A stretch of 64,000 nucleotides of DNA from Fidelibacterota bacterium (GCA_002708715.1 PAPB01000028.1:8611-72610), one strand, 5' to 3'; positions 40,567 to 51,529 are shown, counted from the first letter of the stretch. Notes: generated from the sequence alone by a model not told the origin. Numbers and translations: made by a program.

Positions 40567-43149
40567 CTATATTTCCTTTAAAATATTCATAATCATATTC
40601 TTTGTCTTTCCCATCGCTTTGACTAGTAAATCATTGTTTTTTCCCCCAGCTGTTGCCATATGGGGTTTTCCTCCTCCTCCACCTTCCATAAATACACCAA
40701 TTTTCTTTGCTAACTCACCCGCAAGTATACCACTTTTATTAAGTTGTTTAGTTACTATAACCAATGCCATGGGTTTCTCTTTTCCTTTTGAAAAAAGAGC
40801 GACAATACCACTTGCAATTCTATTAAAAACCTGATCTCCAATTGATTTAAGTTCATCCATACTGTCAACAGCTACTTCCTTTACAACGTATATATTGTCT
40901 TCAATACGTTCTAAATTACTTAGAATTTCAGAGTCTAAATTAGGACGTGATCTATTTTTTAGTTTTTTTTCTAATTCTTTCTTTTCATTAATTAAATTAT
41001 TTACTCTATCAATAATCTCTAAAGTGGAAACATTAAATTGCCTTTGAAGACCATTTAAAATCAGAGCATTATCTTGAACTTCCCTTAAAGCTGAATCACC
41101 AGTTAAAGCAACAATCCTTCTTACCCCTGATGACAATGATGACTCCTCTATAATTTTAAAAAGTCCTATATCACCAGTTCGTACCACATGAGTTCCCCCA
41201 CATAGTTCCATTGAATAATCACTTACTTTTACAACACGTACCGTGTCCCCATATTTTTCACCAAACAGCGCTTCAGCACCTTGGCCTTTTGCCTCATCAA
41301 ATTTTTGAATGGATACATCTAATTCAACATTAGAAATAATCTGATTATTAACTAATCTTTCAATTTCCTTTATTTGATCCTCTGTAATTTTTTCAAAGTG
41401 AGTTAAATCAAACCTAAGATAATCAGGATGCACTAGGGATCCAGCCTGATTAACATGTTCCCCTAGAATAATTTTTAGAGCCTTATGCATCAGATGTGTA
41501 GCTGTATGGTTCCTCTTAATAGAGTCTCTTCGGGCTACATCAACCTTACAATGAACTGCAGCATTGCCTACATTTATTTTACCAGTACAAATATGAATTA
41601 TGGATTCATTTTCTTTTTTTACATCTAGTACTTCAAGAGTTACATCATTCCCAATAATAGAGCCTGTATCACCTATCTGGCCACCTGATTCAGCATAAAA
41701 CGGAGTCTGATCCAAAATCACATAAACTTTTTTTTCAGATCCTACAGCATATCTTATAATTTTCGATTCGCTATTTACACTATCATAACCAATAAACTGT
41801 GAATCATATCCATCGGAGACATCTAGCCAATTCAATTCATCTGTGGATACTTTAAACTTACCTGACGCCTTTGCTTTTTCCTTTTGCCTTCGCATAGATT
41901 CATTAAAAATTTTTTCATTAACGACAAGATTATTTTCTTTTGCCATAAGTTGAGTCAAATCAAGAGGAAACCCATACGTATCATATAATTTAAAGGCATC
42001 TTCACCACTGATTTCTGATCCTTTTATTCCAGAAATAATTTTCTTAAAATGATTTAAACCTCGATCCAATGTATGGTTAAAAGATTCTTCTTCTGACCTA
42101 ATGACATTTTCAATATGAGTTTGCTTATCGATAACCTCGGGAAAGATCTCTCCCATTATTTCACCGACTACTGGAACCAACTTAAACATAAATGGCTCTT
42201 CAAAGCCTAGGCTTTTCCCAAATCTTGCGGCTCTTCGTAAAATTCTTCTCAGAACATATCCTCTGCCATCATTAGATGGTAGTGCTCCATCTGCTATAGA
42301 AAAACATAACATTCTAATATGATCGGCAATAACACGATGAGGAATAGGGTCGCGATCGTATGATGAATTTGCCCATTCTTGAATTGCATAAATAATTGGT
42401 TGGAAGAGATCCGTATCATAGTTACTCGTTTTATCTTGCAACACAGCAGCAATCCTTTCTAAACCCGCTCCTGTATCCACATGCTTTGAGGGTAATTCTA
42501 CAAGTGATCCATCTTCAAGTCGATTATTCTGTATAAAAACTAAGTTCCAAAGTTCCCAGTATTCATCAGAAGAATTCACACCAGAGGCATTTTGCGACTC
42601 TGGACTATTGCCTATATAATAGTGGATTTCTGAACAAGGTCCACATGGTCCAGTCTCACCCATTTCCCAAAAATTATCTTTTTTTCCACAACGGATTACA
42701 CGCTCAGGTTTAATATCTGTAACCTCTGTCCATAACTGAAAAGCTTCATCATCATCTTTATAAACTGTGGCCCAAAGACGGTCTCTATCTAATCCCCAAT
42801 TATTAGTAAAAAGTTCCCATGCCCATTCAATCGCTTCTTTTTTATAATAATCACCAAAAGACCAATTACCAAGCATTTCAAAAAATGTATGATGAAAAGT
42901 ATCAACACCCACCTCCTCTAGATCATTATGTTTACCAGATACGCGAATACATTTTTGACTATTTACTGATCGTAAATGCTCGGGCTGTATTTGATCTAAA
43001 AAGATTGGCTTAAACTGATTCATACCCGCATTTGTAAAGAGGAGAGTCGGGTCATCAATTGGGACGACTGGCGAACTGCGTATAAAACTGTGATCTTTTT
43101 CTTTAAAAAATTCTAAAAAAGAATTACGAATTTCTTTTGAAGTTTTCAT
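40567..43149 (-). CDS. alaS: Alanine--tRNA ligase
   Basis: DPTLLFTNAGMNQFK, HHTFFEMLGNWSFGDY, editing HTATH..ELCGGTH, GGGGGKP. Confidence 0.98.
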   Translation of the reverse strand: MKTSKEIRNSFLEFFKEKDHSFIRSSPVVPIDDPTLLFTNAGMNQFKPIFLDQIQPEHLRSVNSQKCIRVSGKHNDLEEVGVDTFHHTFFEMLGNWSFGDYYKKEAIEWAWELFTNNWGLDRDRLWATVYKDDDEAFQLWTEVTDIKPERVIRCGKKDNFWEMGETGPCGPCSEIHYYIGNSPESQNASGVNSSDEYWELWNLVFIQNNRLEDGSLVELPSKHVDTGAGLERIAAVLQDKTSNYDTDLFQPIIYAIQEWANSSYDRDPIPHRVIADHIRMLCFSIADGALPSNDGRGYVLRRILRRAARFGKSLGFEEPFMFKLVPVVGEIMGEIFPEVIDKQTHIENVIRSEEESFNHTLDRGLNHFKKIISGIKGSEISGEDAFKLYDTYGFPLDLTQLMAKENNLVVNEKIFNESMRRQKEKAKASGKFKVSTDELNWLDVSDGYDSQFIGYDSVNSESKIIRYAVGSEKKVYVILDQTPFYAESGGQIGDTGSIIGNDVTLEVLDVKKENESIIHICTGKINVGNAAVHCKVDVARRDSIKRNHTATHLMHKALKIILGEHVNQAGSLVHPDYLRFDLTHFEKITEDQIKEIERLVNNQIISNVELDVSIQKFDEAKGQGAEALFGEKYGDTVRVVKVSDYSMELCGGTHVVRTGDIGLFKIIEESSLSSGVRRIVALTGDSALREVQDNALILNGLQRQFNVSTLEIIDRVNNLINEKKELEKKLKNRSRPNLDSEILSNLERIEDNIYVVKEVAVDSMDELKSIGDQVFNRIASGIVALFSKGKEKPMALVIVTKQLNKSGILAGELAKKIGVFMEGGGGGKPHMATAGGKNNDLLVKAMGKTKNMIMNILKEI

Positions 43150-44729
43150 TAGAACGAGAAACTGGTTTCAATACTAGTCATATTAATCATTTCACCTTCA
43201 CCATCCACTTTACCGTCACCGTTGAGATCTTTGAATGTCCTTCTAAATACATAGTTCAATACCATTCCATTCCCCAAATTAAGGCCAATATTATAGCCAG
43301 TGATAGTAGACTCGGAATATTCAAAATCAAAAGGATTTGGGACATTTCTTTGTTGATAAAACCATGTCGCTTTTTCAATTTTGCTTATTGATTTTTTTAA
43401 TTTTAAAACTGAAGTAAAACTTTGATTAGAAGATTTTTGAAAACCATTCTGTTTATCATACATCTCACCATTTAAACTCTGGAAAGTCATTCCAGCATCA
43501 AACAGCTTACCTAAATCTAGGCTAAGTGAAGAGAAAAATCCATTCTGCTTACCATAGACACCTAACTTTTTAGATTTTGTGATTATTATTCCTTGGTTTC
43601 CTGATATACTCTGAAAAGTTGCTCTCTCTATTTCATAGGATCGATCAAAATAACCAAATTCAAATTTACCTTTTGGAACCATTCGAAATTCAAAATTAAA
43701 CTTTGCTGGACCAAACCCAGCACCCAATCCAAGGGGGATTAAACCATACCCTGCATCTTCGATTTGCCCATCAGGATTTTTAGTTTTACCCAGTAGCGCT
43801 GCATATTGAGCATAAAAATGTATTGTTACAGGGCCCTCTTTTAGTATCGGAATCCCAGCATCGAGTGCAAATGCATGAAAAGACTCAGTTGTCTTATTTA
43901 TATTAATTGGATCAACTTTGGTCACAATAGAATCATCTAAGACTATTATAGTATCCATATCCCATCCTGGGATATTACCATCAAGTGTATCCGTGATCCC
44001 ATCACCATCAACATCCCACTCATTATCCATATTATCAGCTAAACCATCACCATCGGTATCTAACCAATACAATTTATCTTCAGGGAAATCATCAACAAGA
44101 TCAGGAATGCCATCTCCATCCTTATCACGAAGACCTAAGTATTGATTCCTATCACCTACCCAAGATATACCTAGATTAAAACCATAGGGAACAGGTGCCG
44201 AAACTCTCAAACCAGTAAGACCAAAGTTTTCTTTAAAATCATTTGTAAAAGCATGAATATTAGTTCCAAATGCATTAGTCTTGAACTCCATACCTACTTT
44301 TCTAACCTGAGGGTATAGAAGAGTATTGCTATAGTTATTTAATAGAATACCATAGCCCATAGATACATTATCTAATGCGCCAATCCTAAAATAGTTGTTA
44401 TCCCAACGATTTCCATATCTTATATAGTATATTTTATCAATAAGTGTATTTTTTACTTTTTCACCTGACGAAAAATCCCATCCATCATCATATATATTAC
44501 CATCCTGGTCAATATAGAGCACCATGTCAAATGCAACTGCTAACTTGCCAAAAGGTAGAACGGGCCTAAGTGCAATTTGATTCCAAATTTTCCCATCAAT
44601 CGTAACAGCACCAAATGCACCTTGTAGTGATTTATTCTGGGAATCTATATCTATATCTATATCGTCTGATTGGGGTAGTAAAATGTTTACAGCAAAAAAG
44701 ATACTGATTATTATGGATTTAAATATCAT
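43149..44729 (-). CDS. Probable outer-membrane beta-barrel protein with inserted DxDGDG (TSP3-like) Ca-binding repeats
   Basis: Signal peptide; amphipathic strands; DKDGDG, DTDGDG, DVDGDG, DLNGDG; C-terminal Phe (IETSFSF). Confidence 0.65.
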   Translation of the reverse strand: MIFKSIIISIFFAVNILLPQSDDIDIDIDSQNKSLQGAFGAVTIDGKIWNQIALRPVLPFGKLAVAFDMVLYIDQDGNIYDDGWDFSSGEKVKNTLIDKIYYIRYGNRWDNNYFRIGALDNVSMGYGILLNNYSNTLLYPQVRKVGMEFKTNAFGTNIHAFTNDFKENFGLTGLRVSAPVPYGFNLGISWVGDRNQYLGLRDKDGDGIPDLVDDFPEDKLYWLDTDGDGLADNMDNEWDVDGDGITDTLDGNIPGWDMDTIIVLDDSIVTKVDPININKTTESFHAFALDAGIPILKEGPVTIHFYAQYAALLGKTKNPDGQIEDAGYGLIPLGLGAGFGPAKFNFEFRMVPKGKFEFGYFDRSYEIERATFQSISGNQGIIITKSKKLGVYGKQNGFFSSLSLDLGKLFDAGMTFQSLNGEMYDKQNGFQKSSNQSFTSVLKLKKSISKIEKATWFYQQRNVPNPFDFEYSESTITGYNIGLNLGNGMVLNYVFRRTFKDLNGDGKVDGEGEMINMTSIETSFSF

Positions 44730-44888
44730 TTATTTACATATTAGGTTTCATAAAATTAGGGTTCGTCTTTAAACTGGACAAAGGGTAATTAAGCATATCA
44801 TAATTTTCTTATATTCAATAAAATTAGGTATTCAATTTTTAAACTATCTAATAGTAGTAAGTGTTTGTGACAAAAAAATAATTAATAG

Positions 44889-45494
44889 ATGCTATATAAG
44901 TTAATCTTTAACCTTTTGCTTATCTGCTGTACCGCAGGATACTCTAAAGGATACCATTTAAATTCTATTCAAATTGTTTCTAAATCCAATGGAATTATTG
45001 TTTCGCTTAAAACCGATTCACTTCCAAACGAAAACAATATATCCGCATGGCAAGCAAATTCAGGTTGGTTCTACATTACTCTTTATGAAGGCAAATTACA
45101 TCAGACAAAAAAACTAGAAAAAGAGATTGATAATGATATCATTGATTTCCAAATAATCGAAACAAAAGAATCTCTTCAAATTGGTTTAAAAGTTAAAGAA
45201 CCAATTGAAAATTTTGATTTTAGCTTCTCTGATAAAAAAAGCACTATTGTTGCCTCACTACATTACTCAACCACATATTTTGCACAAATGAAGTCTGAGA
45301 ATATGAACAATAAAATAAGGAGAAATAAAGGTATACCTTATGGGATTCGAACATGGCTAAATATAACTGGAACTGGCCTAATCATTTCTGGAATAGTAGA
45401 AAATGAAAGTAATTCTACTAATCAAAAAACAATTTCAGGACTTACTATTCTTGTCACAACATTTTTATTGGATAAAATTTTAAAGGATTTTTAA
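44889..45494 (+). CDS. Hypothetical exported protein (AMIN-like beta domain, C-terminal hydrophobic segments)
   Basis: Signal peptide; GWFYITLY..SLQIGL; two C-terminal hydrophobic stretches. Confidence 0.55.
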   Translation: MLYKLIFNLLLICCTAGYSKGYHLNSIQIVSKSNGIIVSLKTDSLPNENNISAWQANSGWFYITLYEGKLHQTKKLEKEIDNDIIDFQIIETKESLQIGLKVKEPIENFDFSFSDKKSTIVASLHYSTTYFAQMKSENMNNKIRRNKGIPYGIRTWLNITGTGLIISGIVENESNSTNQKTISGLTILVTTFLLDKILKDF

Positions 45495-45601
45495 TGAGTT
45501 ACATGCTATTTTTTTCAATATTTTGGGCCATAGCGTTTATATGTATGGGACTATATTTGCGTTTAAAATATAAAAAGAAATTTGATGAACTTGATAATTA
45601 G
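45494..45601 (+). CDS. 35-aa single-TM membrane protein (CcmD-like pattern); not in ORF track
   Basis: TAATG overlap with the upstream stop, SD AAAGGA; MSYMLFFSIFWAIAFICMGLYLRLKYKKKFDELDN*. Confidence 0.6.
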   Translation: MSYMLFFSIFWAIAFICMGLYLRLKYKKKFDELDN

Positions 45602-47234
45602 CTTTCTTCTTTTTGGGCTCTTAGAGGCATCTAGCTATGAAAAATATATCTCTACTAAGCAATCATATAGTTTATTATTAAATGCTACCGAACGTATACA
45701 TGCTACTCCACACATCACTAACCTGGTAAGAAATGGTTCAGATAATATAGATATATATAATCCAAGCAAATTAAAACAATTGGGATTAAAAATTGAAGAT
45801 TTGCATATCGTTTCCGCAGAACCAAATAATCTAGATGAATTTTATGATACTGAACATTTTAGAATTTATTTTACTACACAAGGAGATAGTGCTGTAGAGG
45901 ATATGAATTATGTATATAATATGGCTCAAGTTTATGAGACTGTATACTCCTTCTTTATTGATTCATTAGGGTATAACCCTCCAGTAGTAGATCCTAATGT
46001 AAATCATAATCTTTATGAGATCTATATTGAGAGACTTCCTTCTTACTATTTTGGGATCACATACACAAAGAATACTAACGTTGCAAACTCTGCATGTGCA
46101 AGCTTTATAAAAATGCGTAATAACTATACTGGCTCACAATTCAGTGATCATACCGAACTTGAGAATATACAAGTCACGGCAGTCCATGAATTTTTTCATG
46201 CGATACAATTTAGCTATAATTGTTATGAAAGAATATGGTTCATGGAAGCAACTGCAGTATGGAGCGAGGATGAGCTTTATAATGATATTAATGATCTATA
46301 TCGTTATATACCATCGTGGTTTTCTAATACTAATAAAGCAATTGATGATGAAAGTAGTCACATGTACGGATCATTTATTTATTTCCAATATATTGATGAA
46401 CACTTAGGGGGACCTGGAACAATAAAATCATGTTGGGAGCAATCACAAGAAATGGCAAGCCCGATTCATGATAAAAGCATCGATGCTATTAATGCTGCAT
46501 TGGTTAATCATGGATCATCTTTTGAAGACGCATATCTAAGAATGAGAATAGCAAATAGAATAATGAATTCTAATGCAGGCATTTATTCCTATGATGAAGC
46601 AGATGGATATTTATCTGTAGGGAGTTATCCTTTAAGTGAAGATATTTTCTTTCAGGAAGGCATTAGTAAAACAGAGGGATACCAAGGCCTTGATCTTTAT
46701 GAAAGCAAATACTATAGCATCTATTCTTCTAGTCCCATCAATATAGAGATGTCTCCCTATGATGAAAAGTTATCCATGATATCGATTGTTAAATATATTA
46801 ATCAAGAAGTATGGTCTGTAAGATCCGGTAATACAATCAATATTGATACAGATATAGATATTGATTGGATCTCAATTATTATTTCAGCATTAGATTATAA
46901 TGGAAATAACTGGGATTACATATTAAACCTAAATGATGGCTACTCTGAGGATTTTACTTTATATCATCCATATCCTAATCCATCTTTTGGCAAACCAATT
47001 ACAATTGATATGCAAATAATTAATTCACAGACTATATCTACTACTATTTATAATATTTTAGGAAAAACGGTTTGGAATACAACAAAACAATATACAGAAC
47101 CAGGATTTACTAGATTAATATGGGATGGCCAAAATAATAATGGCGCAAGAGTTGCAAACGGGTTATATATTGTAAAAGCTGAAGGATTGAAAAAAAATAT
47201 GATCTATAAGATAATTTACCTAAAAGAAGAATAA
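45582..47234 (+). CDS. Secreted zinc metalloprotease (MXAN_6640/DUF6055-like) with C-terminal sorting-like domain
   Basis: TEHFRIYF, TAVHEFFHAIQF.Y..WFMEATAVW.E; PYPNPSF..IYNILG..WDG.NN.G.RVANGLY..KIIYLK. Confidence 0.82.
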   Translation: MMNLIISFLLFGLLEASSYEKYISTKQSYSLLLNATERIHATPHITNLVRNGSDNIDIYNPSKLKQLGLKIEDLHIVSAEPNNLDEFYDTEHFRIYFTTQGDSAVEDMNYVYNMAQVYETVYSFFIDSLGYNPPVVDPNVNHNLYEIYIERLPSYYFGITYTKNTNVANSACASFIKMRNNYTGSQFSDHTELENIQVTAVHEFFHAIQFSYNCYERIWFMEATAVWSEDELYNDINDLYRYIPSWFSNTNKAIDDESSHMYGSFIYFQYIDEHLGGPGTIKSCWEQSQEMASPIHDKSIDAINAALVNHGSSFEDAYLRMRIANRIMNSNAGIYSYDEADGYLSVGSYPLSEDIFFQEGISKTEGYQGLDLYESKYYSIYSSSPINIEMSPYDEKLSMISIVKYINQEVWSVRSGNTINIDTDIDIDWISIIISALDYNGNNWDYILNLNDGYSEDFTLYHPYPNPSFGKPITIDMQIINSQTISTTIYNILGKTVWNTTKQYTEPGFTRLIWDGQNNNGARVANGLYIVKAEGLKKNMIYKIIYLKEE

Positions 47235-47241
47235 TAGGTGA

Positions 47242-48111
47242 TTATATTGATTCAGACACTTTTCTAATTTCTTTAAGGATCTCCATATATTCTTTCTTAC
47301 CATTTTTATAACGCTTGACAAATTGGGGAGGCATTTGCTTTTTAGGGATTAACACTACAGTTCCTCCCAACTCCTTACTTGCGATACTCTCTATATTTAA
47401 TAAAAATTTCTCAAAGGATTCTAACTTTACTCTGTAGGACTCGAAAGTTTTCGAAACTTCTATTATCCTATTTGAATATAATGATCCAGGTTCAATAAAT
47501 AGAGCGTGATTTAGTTTTTCATTAAAACGATCTATGTTTTCTTTTTCAAGTTTTCTTCTATATTGTAATTCATAGATTGATTGTTTGAGTGGTTTACACT
47601 CATCCTCAATATACATCAAGATTTGTTTAGTAGACTTAAATGCTTTTTTAAGTTTCTTAATATTTTTATAATAGTCACCTTGTTGATCTTTAATGCTTTC
47701 CCTTTTAGACTGAATTAAAAATCTATAACTGACAGTAGTATCCTTCGGCACATCATCTAGACTATCAGACCCTGTTTTTTTCATTCTTCTTACCAATGAA
47801 TATATATCTTTATAAAGACTATCAATATTACTCACACTTAATTTTATTGACTCATAAGGAGAATCAAGTTTCTCATAAATACGAAAATCTTTTTTTAAAT
47901 AATATTTTAATTGAGGCCGCATGATTTTGTTTAAATCTTTCATTTCTTTTTTTACTTTAAGACGCCACTCTTTGGTATCTAATATTCGGACATCTAGAGA
48001 TTGGATATCATTAAACTTAAATGGTTTTGTTTTCCCCAAACAGTTCATAAAAAAAAATAGGATTCCTACTAACGTAAAAATCCTAAAATTAATTAAAAAT
48101 TGTTTTATCAA
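47242..48111 (-). CDS. Hypothetical Lys-rich helical lipoprotein
   Basis: Hydrophobic N-terminus ending FMNC; coiled-coil-like and K-rich; last gene of the pgs operon. Confidence 0.6.
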   Translation of the reverse strand: MIKQFLINFRIFTLVGILFFFMNCLGKTKPFKFNDIQSLDVRILDTKEWRLKVKKEMKDLNKIMRPQLKYYLKKDFRIYEKLDSPYESIKLSVSNIDSLYKDIYSLVRRMKKTGSDSLDDVPKDTTVSYRFLIQSKRESIKDQQGDYYKNIKKLKKAFKSTKQILMYIEDECKPLKQSIYELQYRRKLEKENIDRFNEKLNHALFIEPGSLYSNRIIEVSKTFESYRVKLESFEKFLLNIESIASKELGGTVVLIPKKQMPPQFVKRYKNGKKEYMEILKEIRKVSESI

Positions 48112-48113
48112 TC

Positions 48114-48353
48114 CTATAATTTTCCTTCTCGTTCCATTTTTAAGAGATCATCAAAACCACCAATTGTTTTTCCTTCTATTACAATTTGAGGTACTGTTCT
48201 GCCGCCTGTTTTTTGAAAAAGATCATCTCTAGACCAATCTATTTTTTCTATATCAATTTCCTCAAATTTTAAGCCTTTATCATCTAATAGCCTTTTAGCC
48301 ATTTTACAAGGGCCACACCATGATGTTGTATATATTTTTATATTAGTCATCAC
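48114..48353 (-). CDS. Glutaredoxin
   Basis: YTTSWCGPC, TVPQI, IGGFDDL. Confidence 0.92.
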   Translation of the reverse strand: MMTNIKIYTTSWCGPCKMAKRLLDDKGLKFEEIDIEKIDWSRDDLFQKTGGRTVPQIVIEGKTIGGFDDLLKMEREGKL

Positions 48354-51300
48354 TTAAGCATTAATATTTTTTGGATTCCTATTTTTTTATCAACTTTGAC
48401 TACCGTAAAATATGTACCTGACCCTAAAGTCATTCCTAAGTTATTCTTTCCATTCCATGAAAAATTATAATGACCATTAACAAGTACTCCTTGATAAATA
48501 TTTGCAACCTGTCTTCCTAAAATATCTATAATGGTAATAGTTACATCTGCAGTATTTTCAACCATTAAATCAAAACTCGTCGTAGGGTTGAATGGATTAG
48601 GATAAGGAAGACCTAACCTAAATTGCTCTGAAGTAATTCTTTCATCGATACCCAATGGTCCAACATAATTATCTGGCGATTGAGTTGTAAATCGAATTAC
48701 TCGGCCATCTTCTAAAGGTGCTGCTCCAGGTGAATAAACATTATTGAAAACATATTGTAGACCATAATCCTTATCAGGCGCTTCTATTCCAACTGTAGAG
48801 TAATTTTTAGTCACATCTACATCATCAATATGTAGATATTGAAAATCAATCACCCCGTCACCAGTTTCAGTAGGAATAGAACTCTGATCATGGAAAATAA
48901 TTTCAAAAGTTTCTTCCGTCATTTCATCATAACCATTAAGAGCTCTTGACCATTCTATAACAAATCTTCCATTCGATTGATCATACCATGAATAAACGTT
49001 TATCCACTTATCAATGTTGCCATCACCATCAGTGTCAATAGTTTCAAGATCATCTGAAAATGGAGCTAATAAAGCTTTTGGTCCCATATACATCGGGATA
49101 GACATATTCCAAAAATAATCAATGTCACATGGAACAAATGAGGCCCAACCATTTGAATTAATTGTTATGTTCTCATATGTAATCCCATGGTATTGAAATG
49201 GGAAAGGCATTTCAAGATCAACATGATCATCATCGTCTAATTGATAATGTACCCCATTACTTCCACCATAATTTGGATCTAACTCAACCCAATCAAACAC
49301 TGGTGTAGCATCAAAACCAATATCTGTATTATCGTATGCCCAATAACCATAATCATCAGGAGCCAAAGGATAATTTGCAGTTGGTGGTTCAATATGAAGA
49401 GGCACATTTTGAATAAAAAACGAATTTTCATTTTTTATAAACTCTACACGAAAAGTCACATCGCTTCCATAGGCTATATTATCTAAAAATACATTATAAT
49501 TGGTTTCATGATTTGTTGAAATAAAAGGTGGAAAGTTTGACAGTAAATCTGATGCCCCATTTAAATTTACAGTAGCGCCTTCAGATAAAGCTGATAGCTG
49601 AACCCCCACACCTTCATAAGCTCCATCAGTATAATTGGTCACTACAAGGTTTGGACTTAATTCTGATCCTGGTAGACCAGAATTTACAAAGTCTATTCCA
49701 AATACTGGTTTTTCAACTTCTATTGCAAAATTGAACAAAATACTGCCATCAGGATTTTGAAGTCTGGCAACGACACTTCCTCCGACATCAGTACTAAAAC
49801 AAATAAAGTTCACGGTTGGTAATAAAACAGATGAGTTTCCAGAGATTGATGGAATATCTAGAGAAAATAAATTAGGCTCTACACTACCAATAAATGATAG
49901 CTCACTTTGTATCGGTTCCGTTGGAGTATCAGTAGTGTTTTTAAGACTTATGGTCATGCTAATCACCTCAGAGAGTACTGGCTTCACATTTCCATTTTCA
50001 GTGGAATAATTAATATCATCTATAATAATAGTACTATTATTATTTTCAATTGCGACTACGGAGTGCCCTTGTATAAATCCACCTTTATTTGCATAAATGT
50101 CAAGGCTTGCCAAACCATCAACGTTTAATGTAGTAAGAAACCGTCCGTTATGATCTGTAATACCTTTAGCAAGTAAATCACCATCACTCATCACACTAAT
50201 TACAGTCCTATCAACTGATTGATTATCTGATGAAGATACCATTATCTCAAGAAATCCCTCTGAATTATAGAGTGGCTGGATATTAAAAATAAATTCGCGA
50301 GGAGTGTCTAAATACACTTGCAATGATGGATCACCTAAAATATTATATACATTAGCATAAAATTCTTGTGCTTCACCTGGACCATTTTGGGCAGGAAATT
50401 CCTTTACTAAGCCAGACTGACCAGCCTGCATGGCAGGACCAAGTTCAACAACACCATGATTAAGCATTGCATCATACATATAAGCATTAATTACATTATT
50501 ATATTTAGTACTGGTATGTAAATCAGATGGACCTATAAAAGCGACACCTCCTTTAGGAACTGTAGGTGTACCACCTCTTATTACAGCTTCGGCAAGACAA
50601 GGATCAACATTATTTGCAAAATCATTCGAATTACAAACATAACTGAAAAACACAGGGGTCAACCAACCATTATTTAAATTATTTACATCATCTACATGAA
50701 ATTCAGGATAGTGCCAACCATTTGCATCACCCCAACCTCGATAATTAACGATACCAACTCCCTCATCTATGATTGACTTAATGTAAGGTGCTCCCTGTTG
50801 TATTGGAGGATAGAAAACAGTGTCTATTTCATTAAAACCATATTCTAATAATTCATCCCTCAGCCAATAAGATGTCCACTTAGGAGTAATGGGTATAGGG
50901 TAGGTATTAGCATAATTTCCCGCTACAATGAGACCTCTATCTAACCAATTTTGATTAAAAGCAAGAGGATCTCTTACATATTGTATTGTTTTTGACATTA
51001 TTACAGCCAAATCTGAAAGTGAATCAATAGATAATCTTCCTATAAATACATCAGGAATAACATCCTCGCCTAAAATATGAGTGTATTGTTGATCTGTAAC
51101 ATCATTCTCTGGTCCATAATAGAAAGAAGGGAACTCAGCAAAACCATCTACATCTCCAATAAGTAATACATATTCAAGCATAGCATCCATAGATAAAATA
51201 TCTTCTATAGTATTTTTTATTTCAGCAGCAGACCCTCCTGCTTCTGAAATTGACCTAACATATGTATCAAAACCTTGAGATTTTTTGAAGGAAATAAACT

Positions 51301-51529
51301 CATCTAAATATGGAGTAACTCCATCTGGAGCTATAATCAAATAGCTTCCTCTTTGAGGATTGATTTGTGAAGCTAAAATGTCATATTCACTCATAACCAT
51401 ATTAACAAAAGATAGAGGTATCTTTTGCGCTACTATTTGTTCTTTTGAATTCCCTCGAAATGATAATTCTCCTCCGAGCAAAATAGTTACGCCTATGACA
51501 ATTATAACTAGTTTTTTAAAATAATACAT
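48350..51529 (-). CDS. Peptidase C25 (gingipain-like) protein with NIDO-like and C-terminal sorting-like domains; catalytic His replaced
   Basis: YLIIAP..KKSQG, YVLLIGD, TDQQY..PDVFIGRL, VNYRGWG, YVCNS, YNILGDP; PYPNPFNP..GSGTYF..KILMLK. Confidence 0.85.
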   Translation of the reverse strand: MYYFKKLVIIVIGVTILLGGELSFRGNSKEQIVAQKIPLSFVNMVMSEYDILASQINPQRGSYLIIAPDGVTPYLDEFISFKKSQGFDTYVRSISEAGGSAAEIKNTIEDILSMDAMLEYVLLIGDVDGFAEFPSFYYGPENDVTDQQYTHILGEDVIPDVFIGRLSIDSLSDLAVIMSKTIQYVRDPLAFNQNWLDRGLIVAGNYANTYPIPITPKWTSYWLRDELLEYGFNEIDTVFYPPIQQGAPYIKSIIDEGVGIVNYRGWGDANGWHYPEFHVDDVNNLNNGWLTPVFFSYVCNSNDFANNVDPCLAEAVIRGGTPTVPKGGVAFIGPSDLHTSTKYNNVINAYMYDAMLNHGVVELGPAMQAGQSGLVKEFPAQNGPGEAQEFYANVYNILGDPSLQVYLDTPREFIFNIQPLYNSEGFLEIMVSSSDNQSVDRTVISVMSDGDLLAKGITDHNGRFLTTLNVDGLASLDIYANKGGFIQGHSVVAIENNNSTIIIDDINYSTENGNVKPVLSEVISMTISLKNTTDTPTEPIQSELSFIGSVEPNLFSLDIPSISGNSSVLLPTVNFICFSTDVGGSVVARLQNPDGSILFNFAIEVEKPVFGIDFVNSGLPGSELSPNLVVTNYTDGAYEGVGVQLSALSEGATVNLNGASDLLSNFPPFISTNHETNYNVFLDNIAYGSDVTFRVEFIKNENSFFIQNVPLHIEPPTANYPLAPDDYGYWAYDNTDIGFDATPVFDWVELDPNYGGSNGVHYQLDDDDHVDLEMPFPFQYHGITYENITINSNGWASFVPCDIDYFWNMSIPMYMGPKALLAPFSDDLETIDTDGDGNIDKWINVYSWYDQSNGRFVIEWSRALNGYDEMTEETFEIIFHDQSSIPTETGDGVIDFQYLHIDDVDVTKNYSTVGIEAPDKDYGLQYVFNNVYSPGAAPLEDGRVIRFTTQSPDNYVGPLGIDERITSEQFRLGLPYPNPFNPTTSFDLMVENTADVTITIIDILGRQVANIYQGVLVNGHYNFSWNGKNNLGMTLGSGTYFTVVKVDKKIGIQKILMLK

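Noticed and set aside
44643-44663. (ATCTAT)x3 microsatellite
   Set aside because: Short in-frame repeat encoding DIDIDID; no sign of phase variation
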